Of a DNA stretch of 64,000 nt, positions 34,728 through 43,262 are shown piece by piece (the first letter of the stretch is position 1; each line of letters begins with the position of its first letter). Under the pieces are notes generated by a model. That model searched no databases and was not told the origin of the DNA. It saw nothing but the letters and a program-made list of their open reading frames with translations. The stretch is from an uncultured Eubacteriales bacterium (GTDB taxonomy: Bacteria; Bacillota; Clostridia; Oscillospirales; Acutalibacteraceae): contig CAKSHH010000005.1 in NCBI GenBank assembly GCA_934456435.1, positions 62,756 through 126,755 on the forward strand. Reading direction: 5' to 3'. A program made the position numbers and the translations under genes.

Positions 34728-34986
34728 CGTCCTCATCCTCCTCATAATCCTTGTCTTCATCAAATCTGTTGGCAACCGTTTCCGCCTGCAAATAAGTCAG
34801 AATAACCTGGTCGCAGTCGGTTATTATAACCGCTCTGGTTCTTCTGCCGTGGGTTGCGTCGATGAGAGTGCCCTTTTCCTTGCAGTCCTGGACAATTCTC
34901 TTTATCGGAGCAGATTCGGGGCTGACGATCGCAATGATTCTTTCAGCGTTGACCATATTGCCGAAACCGATATTGATAAGCTTCAT
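34717..34986 (-). CDS. remA: Extracellular matrix/biofilm regulator RemA (DUF370)
   Basis: [57 protein letters not shown]. Acidic tail [14 protein letters not shown]. Confidence 0.9.
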   Translation of the reverse strand: MKLINIGFGNMVNAERIIAIVSPESAPIKRIVQDCKEKGTLIDATHGRRTRAVIITDCDQVILTYLQAETVANRFDEDKDYEEDEDDEE

Positions 34987-34998
34987 ATAAACACCCCG

Positions 34999-35877
34999 TT
35001 ACTCAATGTTCTGAACCTGCTCGCGGATTTTCTCGACTTCCGCTTTGATTTCAAGAACACGTTTTGCAATTTCAACGTCGCACGCCTTGGAACCGATAGT
35101 GTTAGCCTCACGGTTGATCTCCTGTACAAGGAAATCCATCTTTCTGCCGATAGCTTCCGTCGATTCAAAAAATTCGCGAAGCTGTGAAATGTGGCTTCTG
35201 AGTCTTACGGTCTCTTCGGCAACGGCAATCTTGTCCGCATATATTGCCGCCTCCGTGAGAAGTCTCGATTCTTCAACGTGGATATCGCCGAGAAGCTCCT
35301 GCATTCTTGCAAGAAGCTTGTCGTTATATTCCTTGACAGTCTGCGGAGAGCGTTCCTCGATAAAGGCAACGTAGGAAAGAATCAAATCCGCCCTGGAAAG
35401 AATGTCGTCACGGAGCTTTTCTCCCTCAATCTCACGCATTGCAATAAACTTGTCGACCGCTTTTTCCGCAACCGTGCGGACGGCGTTCCAAATCTTATCC
35501 TCGTCAGCCTCCGCCTTGCGAATGACAAGAACATCGTTCATTCTTGCAAGTATTCCTGCGTTCAGATTGTTTTCAATGCCGTAAGTCTGCGAAAGTTTGT
35601 CAAACGCTTTAACATATCCGTCTGCAAGGGACTGATTTACCTCGACAACAACCGAATCATCCTCAAGGTTATCAACCTGAACATAACATTCGATTTTTCC
35701 GCGTGAAACTCTGGACTGAACAAAGGATTTCAGCTTCTCATCAAGGAAGCCGTATGTACGGGGCGTTCTCGACGAAAAATCAAAGTACCTGTGATTAACG
35801 CTTTTTATCTCGACGGTTATGTTCATTCCGTCGATCATTTCCTGACTTCGGCCGTATCCGGTCATACTTTTAACCAT
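34999..35877 (-). CDS. yicC: YicC/YloC-family endoribonuclease
   Basis: 292 aa. VKSMTGYGRS N-terminus and C-terminal DUF1732-like block EINREANTIGSKA. Confidence 0.9.
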   Translation of the reverse strand: MVKSMTGYGRSQEMIDGMNITVEIKSVNHRYFDFSSRTPRTYGFLDEKLKSFVQSRVSRGKIECYVQVDNLEDDSVVVEVNQSLADGYVKAFDKLSQTYGIENNLNAGILARMNDVLVIRKAEADEDKIWNAVRTVAEKAVDKFIAMREIEGEKLRDDILSRADLILSYVAFIEERSPQTVKEYNDKLLARMQELLGDIHVEESRLLTEAAIYADKIAVAEETVRLRSHISQLREFFESTEAIGRKMDFLVQEINREANTIGSKACDVEIAKRVLEIKAEVEKIREQVQNIE

Positions 35878-35948
35878 AATAAACCTACTTCCGATATTTA
35901 TTTAAGGCAATACCGCACAGTTGAGACGTGCGGATTGCACAGTTATTT

Positions 35949-36314
35949 TCAATGTTTACAACAGCTTCCTGCAAGCAGTTCGGGAATCTCACCCTCGTAA
36001 ACACCGTCGCTGTTCTTCCTAAAACCGAGTGTTTCGGCAACGCTTGTCCCTTTTTCGGCTTTATAAAAGGCTATGTAGGCGCCGCGGTTGGCTCCGTAAT
36101 TGAGAGAGCTTCTTATGAAACCCTCAACGATTTCGTCGTCGCCGTCGGTATAAACTCCGACAACCTCCATTGTGTATCCGTTCAGCCTGAACACGGAAAA
36201 TCCACATTCAGCCGAATTATTGTTCATATCGTATCCGATGTATCCGTTAAGGGTCGAGTCGGAACAAAACGGTTCGGGAAGCTTGTCATTCGTAACGGGT
36301 AAAAATCTAATCAT
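35949..36314 (-). CDS. Hypothetical 121-aa protein
   Basis: ORF tightly placed (11 nt) after rluB. No recognised motif. The C-terminus ends AGSCCKH. Confidence 0.45.
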   Translation of the reverse strand: MIRFLPVTNDKLPEPFCSDSTLNGYIGYDMNNNSAECGFSVFRLNGYTMEVVGVYTDGDDEIVEGFIRSSLNYGANRGAYIAFYKAEKGTSVAETLGFRKNSDGVYEGEIPELLAGSCCKH

Positions 36315-36325
36315 AAGCTTTCACC

Positions 36326-37069
36326 TCAGAACTTGTTTACTTTCATACCCGAAGAAACCATCAGCTTGTGCACCTCATCCTCGGTCAGCTCGCGCCATTT
36401 TCCGGGGTGAAGCATACCGAGTTTGAGCGAACCCATCGAGGTTCTTTTAAGTCTTGCGACCTCAAGTCCGAGTGATTCGCACATTTTTCTGATCTGCCTG
36501 TTACGTCCTTCGTAAAGCACAATTTCAAGGACAACGCGGTTTTCCTGCTTTTCGATTATTCTTGCGTCTGCAGGAGCTGTAATACGTCCGTCAATTTCCA
36601 TTCCGGTTGAAAACGCAGTCAGCATATTCTCGGTGACATCGGGACGTACCGTGACCCTGTAGGTTTTAGGAATATGCTTTGACGGATGGGTCATAAAGTT
36701 AGCGAACTCGCCGTCATTTGTCATAAGCAGAAGACCCTCGGAGTCCTTGTCAAGTCTGCCGACGGGATATACTCTTGCACCTACGTCCGAAACAAGCTCC
36801 GCAACGCATTTCCTGCCCATTTCGTCATCCATTGTGGTTATAAAGCCTCTCGGCTTATGAAGCATAATGTAAATATTCTTTCGTCCCGCGGTGATTTTTT
36901 TACCGCTGACTGTAACGGTGTCGTGTCTCGGACTTACCTTATCGCCGATCTGAGCGACCTTACCGTTTACCTTGACCTTTCCCTGTGCGATAAGCTCCTC
37001 TGCCTTGCGGCGCGAAGCGACAGCGCACATAGAAAGATATTTTTGAAGCCTGATTCTATCATCAGTCAT
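36326..37069 (-). CDS. rluB: Pseudouridine synthase, RsuA/RluB family
   Basis: S4 domain RLQKYLSMCAVASRRKAEELIAQGKVKVNG and catalytic GRLDKDSEGLLLMTNDGE. Refined start ATG 37069 (AAGGAGAGG SD) overlaps the upstream stop by 8 nt. Confidence 0.88.
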   Translation of the reverse strand: MTDDRIRLQKYLSMCAVASRRKAEELIAQGKVKVNGKVAQIGDKVSPRHDTVTVSGKKITAGRKNIYIMLHKPRGFITTMDDEMGRKCVAELVSDVGARVYPVGRLDKDSEGLLLMTNDGEFANFMTHPSKHIPKTYRVTVRPDVTENMLTAFSTGMEIDGRITAPADARIIEKQENRVVLEIVLYEGRNRQIRKMCESLGLEVARLKRTSMGSLKLGMLHPGKWRELTEDEVHKLMVSSGMKVNKF

Positions 37070-38183
37070 TAAATAACCTCTCCTTAATTCTTTCAAAAAA
37101 GCTTTTCTTTTCCTGTTTACTGTTCGTGTTTTTTACGGAAACCGATGTCTCAGCCACAATATCGTTTGTTCCGATGCATTCGCCGTTGAAGTAATAGCTC
37201 ACTTCTCCGACCTTATCACCCGTGTTGACGGGAGCGTAAATAAAATGCTCCAGACTGATTTTTTGAGTCACTTTGCTTTTTTCAGCGCCCGAAAAACCAA
37301 ACGGTTCCGATTTAATGCTTATGTTTTCAACATTTCCACCGACAACGCTTAGCTTTTTGGGAATATTTGCCGATATTTCGGACTTTTCAACCGCCGAAAA
37401 ACCGTAATCAAGCATTTCTCGGTGATCGCTCCAGTCATTCGGCGCATTAAGCGTAACCGCAACAAGACCAACGCCGTCTTTTTCCGCATAAGAGACAAGA
37501 CATCGTCCGCTTTTTTTGGTGAAGCCCGTTTTTATTCCGAGCGCATACTTATAACTGCTCAAAAGACGGTTGTGGTTGTACAAAGTCCGCCTGTACGGAG
37601 GATTTCCGTATGTCAAAACAGCCTTTTTCGAGGAACACGCCGCCCTGAAAACAGGATTTTTAACAGCGTATCTTCCGAGCAGCGCCATATCGTAAGCGGT
37701 CGAATAATGCTCATCGTCATCAAGACCCGACGGTGTAACGAAGTGCGTATTTTCCATTCCGAGCTCGGCAGCCTTTTGATTCATCAGTGAAGCGAAATTT
37801 TCAACATTTCCACCGAGATAGCACGCCGTAACGTTGGCGGCATCATTGCCCGACGAAAGAAGCATACCGTAAATAAGCTCATAAAGGGAAACGCTGTCGC
37901 TGTCAAGCAGACCCATAGATGTTCCCTCAACGTTTATCATCGCTTTCTTTACCGTAATTTCGTCGTGAAGCTTACCGGATTCCGCCGCAAGCAATGAGGT
38001 CATTATCTTTGTCGTGCTCGCCATCGAATGTTCGGAATAGGCGTTTTTTTCAAATAGAACTTCGCCTGTTTGCTCGTTTATAAGTACAGCACATTCGGCT
38101 GATATATCCCCTGCACCGAGCGCACTAACACTAACCGTCATCGTACACAAAACAGTCAGAAAAACAAATATTCTTTTTAACAT
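37062..38183 (-). CDS. D-alanyl-D-alanine carboxypeptidase (PBP5/DacB-DacF type, peptidase S11)
   Basis: Signal peptide, SxxK (SMASTTKIMT), SGN (LSSGNDAA) and KTG (IKTGFT). Refined start is ATG 38183 (AGGTGA SD). Confidence 0.88.
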   Translation of the reverse strand: MLKRIFVFLTVLCTMTVSVSALGAGDISAECAVLINEQTGEVLFEKNAYSEHSMASTTKIMTSLLAAESGKLHDEITVKKAMINVEGTSMGLLDSDSVSLYELIYGMLLSSGNDAANVTACYLGGNVENFASLMNQKAAELGMENTHFVTPSGLDDDEHYSTAYDMALLGRYAVKNPVFRAACSSKKAVLTYGNPPYRRTLYNHNRLLSSYKYALGIKTGFTKKSGRCLVSYAEKDGVGLVAVTLNAPNDWSDHREMLDYGFSAVEKSEISANIPKKLSVVGGNVENISIKSEPFGFSGAEKSKVTQKISLEHFIYAPVNTGDKVGEVSYYFNGECIGTNDIVAETSVSVKNTNSKQEKKSFFERIKERLFND

Positions 38184-38239
38184 ACCACTCACCTGCCATA
38201 TAAAACTATATGCAGGTGTGAACGGTATTATTTTAGTAA

Positions 38240-38656
38240 TTATTCCTCAACGAATACGGAATCGTCTTTGTCTTCCTTTTTATCGTTGTTGAACTTATTG
38301 ACGATATCGCCAACCTTGTTGACAACGTCGGGAACCATTCCGATAATTCTTTCCGCAGAGCTTTCAGAGCCCTCGCAGATATACTTAACGCTTACTTCGC
38401 CTTTATTGATTACGAGGAAAGCAACCGGAGAAATTGTTACTCCCGCTCCGCCGCCGCCGCCGAAAAGCTCCTTCGTGCCCTTTGTCGGGAAGTCCGAACC
38501 GCCGGAAGCAAAGCCGTATGTTACCTTTGAGATGGGAATAACTTTGATTCCGTCGCCTGCGTCGATCGGATCACCGATAATTGTCTGACAATCGACCATA
38601 TCTTTGATCTTGTCAATTGCCGTTGCAAGGATTCCTGATGCTGACTGATCTTTCAT
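38240..38656 (-). CDS. ytfJ: Sporulation protein YtfJ (GerW family)
   Basis: 138 aa. VIPISKVTYGFASGGSDF ... GGGGGAGVTISPVAFLVI. Confidence 0.85.
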   Translation of the reverse strand: MKDQSASGILATAIDKIKDMVDCQTIIGDPIDAGDGIKVIPISKVTYGFASGGSDFPTKGTKELFGGGGGAGVTISPVAFLVINKGEVSVKYICEGSESSAERIIGMVPDVVNKVGDIVNKFNNDKKEDKDDSVFVEE

Positions 38657-38658
38657 TG

Positions 38659-39339
38659 TTAGTCCGCCTTTCTGTTTGTAGTGTTTGAAGATTTATTATT
38701 TGAAATAACAACTTTTAAAAGCTGTTTCAATAAACTGAAAACAAGTGCAATTCCCGCGTTAATCAATGCTCGCGGAATGAATGCCGTTTTTGTGATAAAC
38801 TCAACCGTTGTTTTTTCGCCGCAATAGTCGGCATATACATTTACTTTATAGTCCTTGACCTTCATATTGGAACAGATGTAGCCGAGCGACGGGTAAAGTC
38901 CCGAACAGACCTTGCCGTATTTCAGTGCCGTTGCGGCGGCGTCACCCTCTGTTATGTGAATGTCAAGATGAAATTTTTTGATTATAACCGCTCTCTTTAT
39001 AAAGCGGACAGAAAACCGTTTTAATGCGCTGACGCAGTTGTTGAGAAGCTCTATAACACCCGACAAGCCCTGATTGTTGTAGAACGTCTTAAGGAAATTT
39101 TCCTTTTTCGGTTTGGAAGCCTCGTCCTTTTTCTCTTCTGGCTTTTCTTCTTTTTTCTCTTCCTTGGGCTTGTCCTCTTTCTTTTTCTTTTCGGGGAAAG
39201 GATAGAGATCAAACTTCAAAAAGAGCCACGAGACCCTGCATCTTACGCTGTCCGTATATTCAAGATCCAGAACGACAGGAATACTCAGAACAAGTACAAA
39301 AAATGCAATTATTCCGAGAATTATGTATAACGCCGTCAT
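38659..39339 (-). CDS. DUF2953 (YtfI-like) membrane protein
   Basis: N-terminal TM, Lys/Glu-rich linker (KKKKEDKPKEEKKEEKPEEKKDE). It lies directly upstream of ytfJ as in B. subtilis ytfI-ytfJ. Confidence 0.6.
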   Translation of the reverse strand: MTALYIILGIIAFFVLVLSIPVVLDLEYTDSVRCRVSWLFLKFDLYPFPEKKKKEDKPKEEKKEEKPEEKKDEASKPKKENFLKTFYNNQGLSGVIELLNNCVSALKRFSVRFIKRAVIIKKFHLDIHITEGDAAATALKYGKVCSGLYPSLGYICSNMKVKDYKVNVYADYCGEKTTVEFITKTAFIPRALINAGIALVFSLLKQLLKVVISNNKSSNTTNRKAD

Positions 39340-39356
39340 TCCATCACCTCCGCAAT

Positions 39357-39983
39357 TTATTCTTCGGTAACCCTTACCGGTTCGCCTGTAATCATCTGGT
39401 TTTCAATGATTTCTCCGTCATTCAGGTCAATTTCAAGCTGACCGTTTATCTCCTCATTTTTCGGGAGATCTTCGTGTTCGGGCAGATCCGGCAGATCATC
39501 AAGACTTGAAACACAAAAGCACTTAAGAAATTCGGGAGTGGTGCCGTAAATAAGCGGTCTGCCCGGCAATTCAAGTCTGCCGCGTTCCTCGATAAGTCCC
39601 TTGGCGATCAGGGTTCCGATAACACCGGAACAGTCAACTCCTCTGACCTGCTCAACAAAGGATTTTGTAACCGGCTGGTTATATGCGATTACCGCAAGAA
39701 CCTCAAATGCCGCGCCGGATAGCGGTGTGTTTTTCTTTATTTCAAGTACGGCTCTGACCTGCTCGGCATATTCCTGCCGTGTGCAAAGCTGATACATATC
39801 GTCCATTTTAACAAGTCTGATGCCGCTGTTTACGGAGTTTAACGTTTCTTCAATTCCTTTAAGCGCTTCCTCAACCGGCTCTTTTTCACATTCAAGCGCC
39901 TGACATATTCTTTCGATTTCAAGCGGTTCACCGGCTGCAAAAAGTATTGCCTCAACAGCGCCCTGTAATTCATTCATTTTCAT
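39357..39983 (-). CDS. scpB: Segregation and condensation protein B
   Basis: AVEAILFAAGEPL and tandem wHTH. The start is ATG 39983 or 39977, overlapping the scpA stop. Confidence 0.9.
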   Translation of the reverse strand: MKMNELQGAVEAILFAAGEPLEIERICQALECEKEPVEEALKGIEETLNSVNSGIRLVKMDDMYQLCTRQEYAEQVRAVLEIKKNTPLSGAAFEVLAVIAYNQPVTKSFVEQVRGVDCSGVIGTLIAKGLIEERGRLELPGRPLIYGTTPEFLKCFCVSSLDDLPDLPEHEDLPKNEEINGQLEIDLNDGEIIENQMITGEPVRVTEE

Positions 39984-40722
39984 TCTTGTAGTCGTCCTCC
40001 GCGTCAAAGTTTATGTCAGAATCAATCATTTCAACCTCAAGATCATCGTCAATCTGAGTGAGAGTAATTTTTTTGTCCTTTGCAAGGGAAAGTATTGCAA
40101 GAAAAGTTGCAACCATTTCGGAACGTGATTCAGCCCTTTCAAAGAAAGAAACAAAACGCTGCTTTTTCTTTCGGAAGAGGCTGCCCATGATGTAGCTGAC
40201 ACGTTCTCTTATGGGAACAATTTTGTGAGCAACAATGCCCGAAAAAGCTTCAATCGGCGGCGGAAGATTTCTTTTACCTCTTCCGACGGCGTTGATGTAT
40301 GCCTTGAGAAGCTCTATCGGCTGATGCAAGCGAGTGTAAGTCATATCGGGAGCAAATTTTTCGGGTTCTCTTGAATACTGTTCAAATCCGTTTGCCTGTT
40401 CGGCAAGCTTCTTTGCCATGATCTGACAGTCCTGATACTCCAGCAGTTCGCCCTGAAGCTCCTTTTTCAGTTCGTCTGCCTCTTCCTCGTGAACGGGAAG
40501 AAGTGAAACTGTTTTGATATAGATAAGTCTTGCCGCCATCTCAAGGAACTCGCTGGCAACCTCCATATTTTCCTCTTTCATCTGACGGACATAATCAAGA
40601 TACTGTTCAACCAGAAGAAGAATCGGAATATCATTTATATCAATTTTATGCTTGCTTATCAGATGAAGCAGAAGGTCAAGAGGACCCTCAAACACATCAA
40701 GCTTGTAAGAAATTGCTTCCAT
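39970..40722 (-). CDS. scpA: Segregation and condensation protein A (kleisin)
   Basis: YKLDVFEGPLDLLLHLISKHKIDI N-terminus; 250 aa. Confidence 0.92.
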   Translation of the reverse strand: MEAISYKLDVFEGPLDLLLHLISKHKIDINDIPILLLVEQYLDYVRQMKEENMEVASEFLEMAARLIYIKTVSLLPVHEEEADELKKELQGELLEYQDCQIMAKKLAEQANGFEQYSREPEKFAPDMTYTRLHQPIELLKAYINAVGRGKRNLPPPIEAFSGIVAHKIVPIRERVSYIMGSLFRKKKQRFVSFFERAESRSEMVATFLAILSLAKDKKITLTQIDDDLEVEMIDSDINFDAEDDYKNENE

Positions 40723-40731
40723 TATTTCACC

Positions 40732-41415
40732 TTAATTGAAAATCAAATAAAAGAGTTTATCGAACAGATTGTAAACAAAATTTGACAGATAGCTGAGCGG
40801 AACAGTAAGTGCGCCCGTCAAAAGGAGCAGGAAAAGTACCGCAAGAATATATCGTTCATATTTCATAATCGAGAAATAATATTTTGTCGGCAAAATTGAA
40901 AAAAGTATTCTCGAACCGTCAAGCGGAGGTATAGGGATAAGATTGAAAACGGCGATGTTGATATTGATTACCGCAGAAAAATTGAAAAAACTATAAAATG
41001 CTATCGCCGCAGCAGATTGACTGCCGCCGTTCTTTGATGCAATCGCCGCAACGATGTACATACACATCACGGAAAGAAATCCGACAATCAGATTGGACAA
41101 CGGACCTGCAAGCGCAATAAGAGCCATTGCAAGTTTCTTGTTCTTTAGTCTTGTGTTACGGACGTTGACAGGCACGGGCTTAGCGTAGCCGAAACCGACA
41201 AGAGCAATCATCAACGCACCCCACGGGCTAATGTGAGCCATCGGGTTGAGCGTAAGTCTTCCGCTGAGCCGCGGTGTGTCATCGCCGAGCTTTGTTGCTA
41301 CAAGCGCATGAGCGTACTCATGAATAGGCATTGTGCAGAAAACGACAAACATACTGACGCAAAGTCCGATTATTATTGAAAGAGGATCTCCCCTTTTCAG
41401 TAAGCTGATTAACAT
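40732..41415 (-). CDS. Site-2 protease family (peptidase M50) membrane metalloprotease
   Basis: HEYAHALVA (HExxH) and NLIPIPPLDGSRI. Refined start is ATG 41415. Confidence 0.8.
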   Translation of the reverse strand: MLISLLKRGDPLSIIIGLCVSMFVVFCTMPIHEYAHALVATKLGDDTPRLSGRLTLNPMAHISPWGALMIALVGFGYAKPVPVNVRNTRLKNKKLAMALIALAGPLSNLIVGFLSVMCMYIVAAIASKNGGSQSAAAIAFYSFFNFSAVININIAVFNLIPIPPLDGSRILFSILPTKYYFSIMKYERYILAVLFLLLLTGALTVPLSYLSNFVYNLFDKLFYLIFN

Positions 41416-41431
41416 AATAAAACTCCGATTT

Positions 41432-42289
41432 TTATTTGTGTGCCGTAACGACTCTCGGCAAGCCGCTGAGATCGTTAATAACACTTATTTTTTTGCCGAC
41501 CTTGCCAAACATTTTTGAAATGGTTTCTGTCTGATCCTCGGCACATTCAACCGCTATCGCTCCCGAATCACTCAGGCGCACCAGCCAGTTGTCGGCAAGC
41601 TCACGGTAAAAATCATATCCGTCGTCGCCGCCGTCAAGAGCCATAACAGGTTCTTTTCTGACTTCGAGCTGCAAGGTATTTATATCTTCCGAACGAATAT
41701 ACGGCGGATTGGAGAGAATAAGGTCGGGTGTTATGTCACATAAAATTTTTTTGTCAAATATATCCCCGTTTAACGCCGTAACGTTATCGGCTGAATTGAG
41801 AGAAATATTTTTCTTGAGATAACCGAACGCTTCCGAAGATTTTTCTACTGCAAAAACGCTTGCATTTTTCACAAGCTTTGCAACGCTTATCGCTATACAG
41901 CCGCTTCCCGAACATAAATCAAATACGATCGGATTCTTTTTATCTTTCAGAAAATCAACAGCAAATTCAACAAGAAGCTCCGTCTCAGGGCGAGGAATCA
42001 AAACTCCTTCTCCGACATAAAACGGCAAACCCATAAACTCCCACTTGCCGAGTATATACTGCAGCGGTTCTCCTGCTGTACGGCGTTCAATCAATCGAAA
42101 ATACTCTTTCTCGGTTTCGCTGTCAACGGCATTATTTTTTGAGAGTAAAAAATCCGTTGTGCCGATACTCAGGCAAAACTCAAGGAGACATCGGCTGTCA
42201 AATTCAAAATCTTCAATGCACGCTTCAGAGAGCTTTTTCTTGCCGAGATTGTATAGTTCATTGACCGTCATTGTCGATATCACCGTCAT
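41432..42289 (-). CDS. prmC: Release factor glutamine N5-methyltransferase
   Basis: SAM site FDLCSGSGCIA and ILSNPPYI. The start is uncertain (42289 or 42271). Confidence 0.9.
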   Translation of the reverse strand: MTVISTMTVNELYNLGKKKLSEACIEDFEFDSRCLLEFCLSIGTTDFLLSKNNAVDSETEKEYFRLIERRTAGEPLQYILGKWEFMGLPFYVGEGVLIPRPETELLVEFAVDFLKDKKNPIVFDLCSGSGCIAISVAKLVKNASVFAVEKSSEAFGYLKKNISLNSADNVTALNGDIFDKKILCDITPDLILSNPPYIRSEDINTLQLEVRKEPVMALDGGDDGYDFYRELADNWLVRLSDSGAIAVECAEDQTETISKMFGKVGKKISVINDLSGLPRVVTAHK

Positions 42290-43262
42290 TTTCCGTCGGA
42301 GCGGGATCGTTTATGTTTTCCTTTTCCAGTCCGAGAGCAACCTTCAGCGACGCAATTCCTACCTCGATTATATCATCTGTCGGTTCCTTGGTGGTTATGC
42401 GCTGAAGCCACAGTCCCGGAGCTGAAACAATGCGTGTGAAAAGATTGTCTTTTTTGCCGGCAAGTCGGATCGTCTCATATCCGATACTCATTATAAGCGG
42501 AAGAATGAGTATTTTAATAATCATCCAAATTGCCTTGTAGTCACGAACACCTGGGAAAATCATTACAACGATTGTCGAAATAATAATACTGATTATGAGC
42601 GTCAGGAAAATGAAGCTTGTACCGCAGCGAGGGTGAAATCTGCGCTGTTTTCTGACGTTTTCAACCGTCAGGTCAAGTCCGTTCTCGTAGCAGAAAATTG
42701 ATTTGTGTTCGGCTCCGTGATACATAAACAGTCTTTTTATATCGCTCATCAGCGAAACCGTCCACATATAGGTAACGAAAATTATAATTCTCATAATACC
42801 CTCAATGGCTGGCTTCCATACATTAACGCTTCCCTTGCCGAGAATAAGGTCGGCAACCTGGCTCGGCAGCCACATAAACAGGAAAAATGCAAGCGCAAAG
42901 CCGATTATTCCGGAAATTATGCCGATAACCGTCATCATTTTCGGTCCGAAGTGATCGGAAAGCCAGCGGTCAAGCTTGGACATTTCCTCCGTACCGTCGT
43001 CCTCCAAAGCCGTTGTCTTTTCGGCGGATTCCATAAGGCATTTATAGCCGAATATCATCTGTTCAACAAAACTTATCGGACCCCTGACAAACGGTATTCT
43101 CGCAAATTTATATTTATCCCTGAGAAAGTGAGCCTTTTTAAGCTGTGTTTCAATTCTGCCGTCGGGCAGTCTGAGCGCCATTGCAACACCCTTGGGACCG
43201 TTCATCATAACGCCCTCCATAAGTGCCTGTCCGCCGACGCTTACCTTATTATTTTCAGGCAT
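42258..43262 (-). CDS. DUF1385 (YqhQ-like) membrane protein
   Basis: VGGQALMEGVMMNGP ... YHGAEHK. Refined start ATG 43262 (GGAGG 9 nt upstream) overlaps the kinase stop by 8 nt. Confidence 0.8.
   Translation of the reverse strand: MPENNKVSVGGQALMEGVMMNGPKGVAMALRLPDGRIETQLKKAHFLRDKYKFARIPFVRGPISFVEQMIFGYKCLMESAEKTTALEDDGTEEMSKLDRWLSDHFGPKMMTVIGIISGIIGFALAFFLFMWLPSQVADLILGKGSVNVWKPAIEGIMRIIIFVTYMWTVSLMSDIKRLFMYHGAEHKSIFCYENGLDLTVENVRKQRRFHPRCGTSFIFLTLIISIIISTIVVMIFPGVRDYKAIWMIIKILILPLIMSIGYETIRLAGKKDNLFTRIVSAPGLWLQRITTKEPTDDIIEVGIASLKVALGLEKENINDPAPTENDGDIDNDGQ

Noticed and set aside
35913-35933. Hairpin CCGCAC-N9-GTGCGG downstream of the 121-aa ORF, as a possible terminator.
   Set aside because: It has only 6 bp and no U-run on the minus strand (followed by UAUUGCC). 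That is insufficient to call a terminator.
38448-38462. GCC/CCG trinucleotide run (ccgccgccgccgcc).
   Set aside because: It simply encodes the Gly run (GGGGGAG) conserved in YtfJ/GerW proteins. It is too short to be a repeat element.
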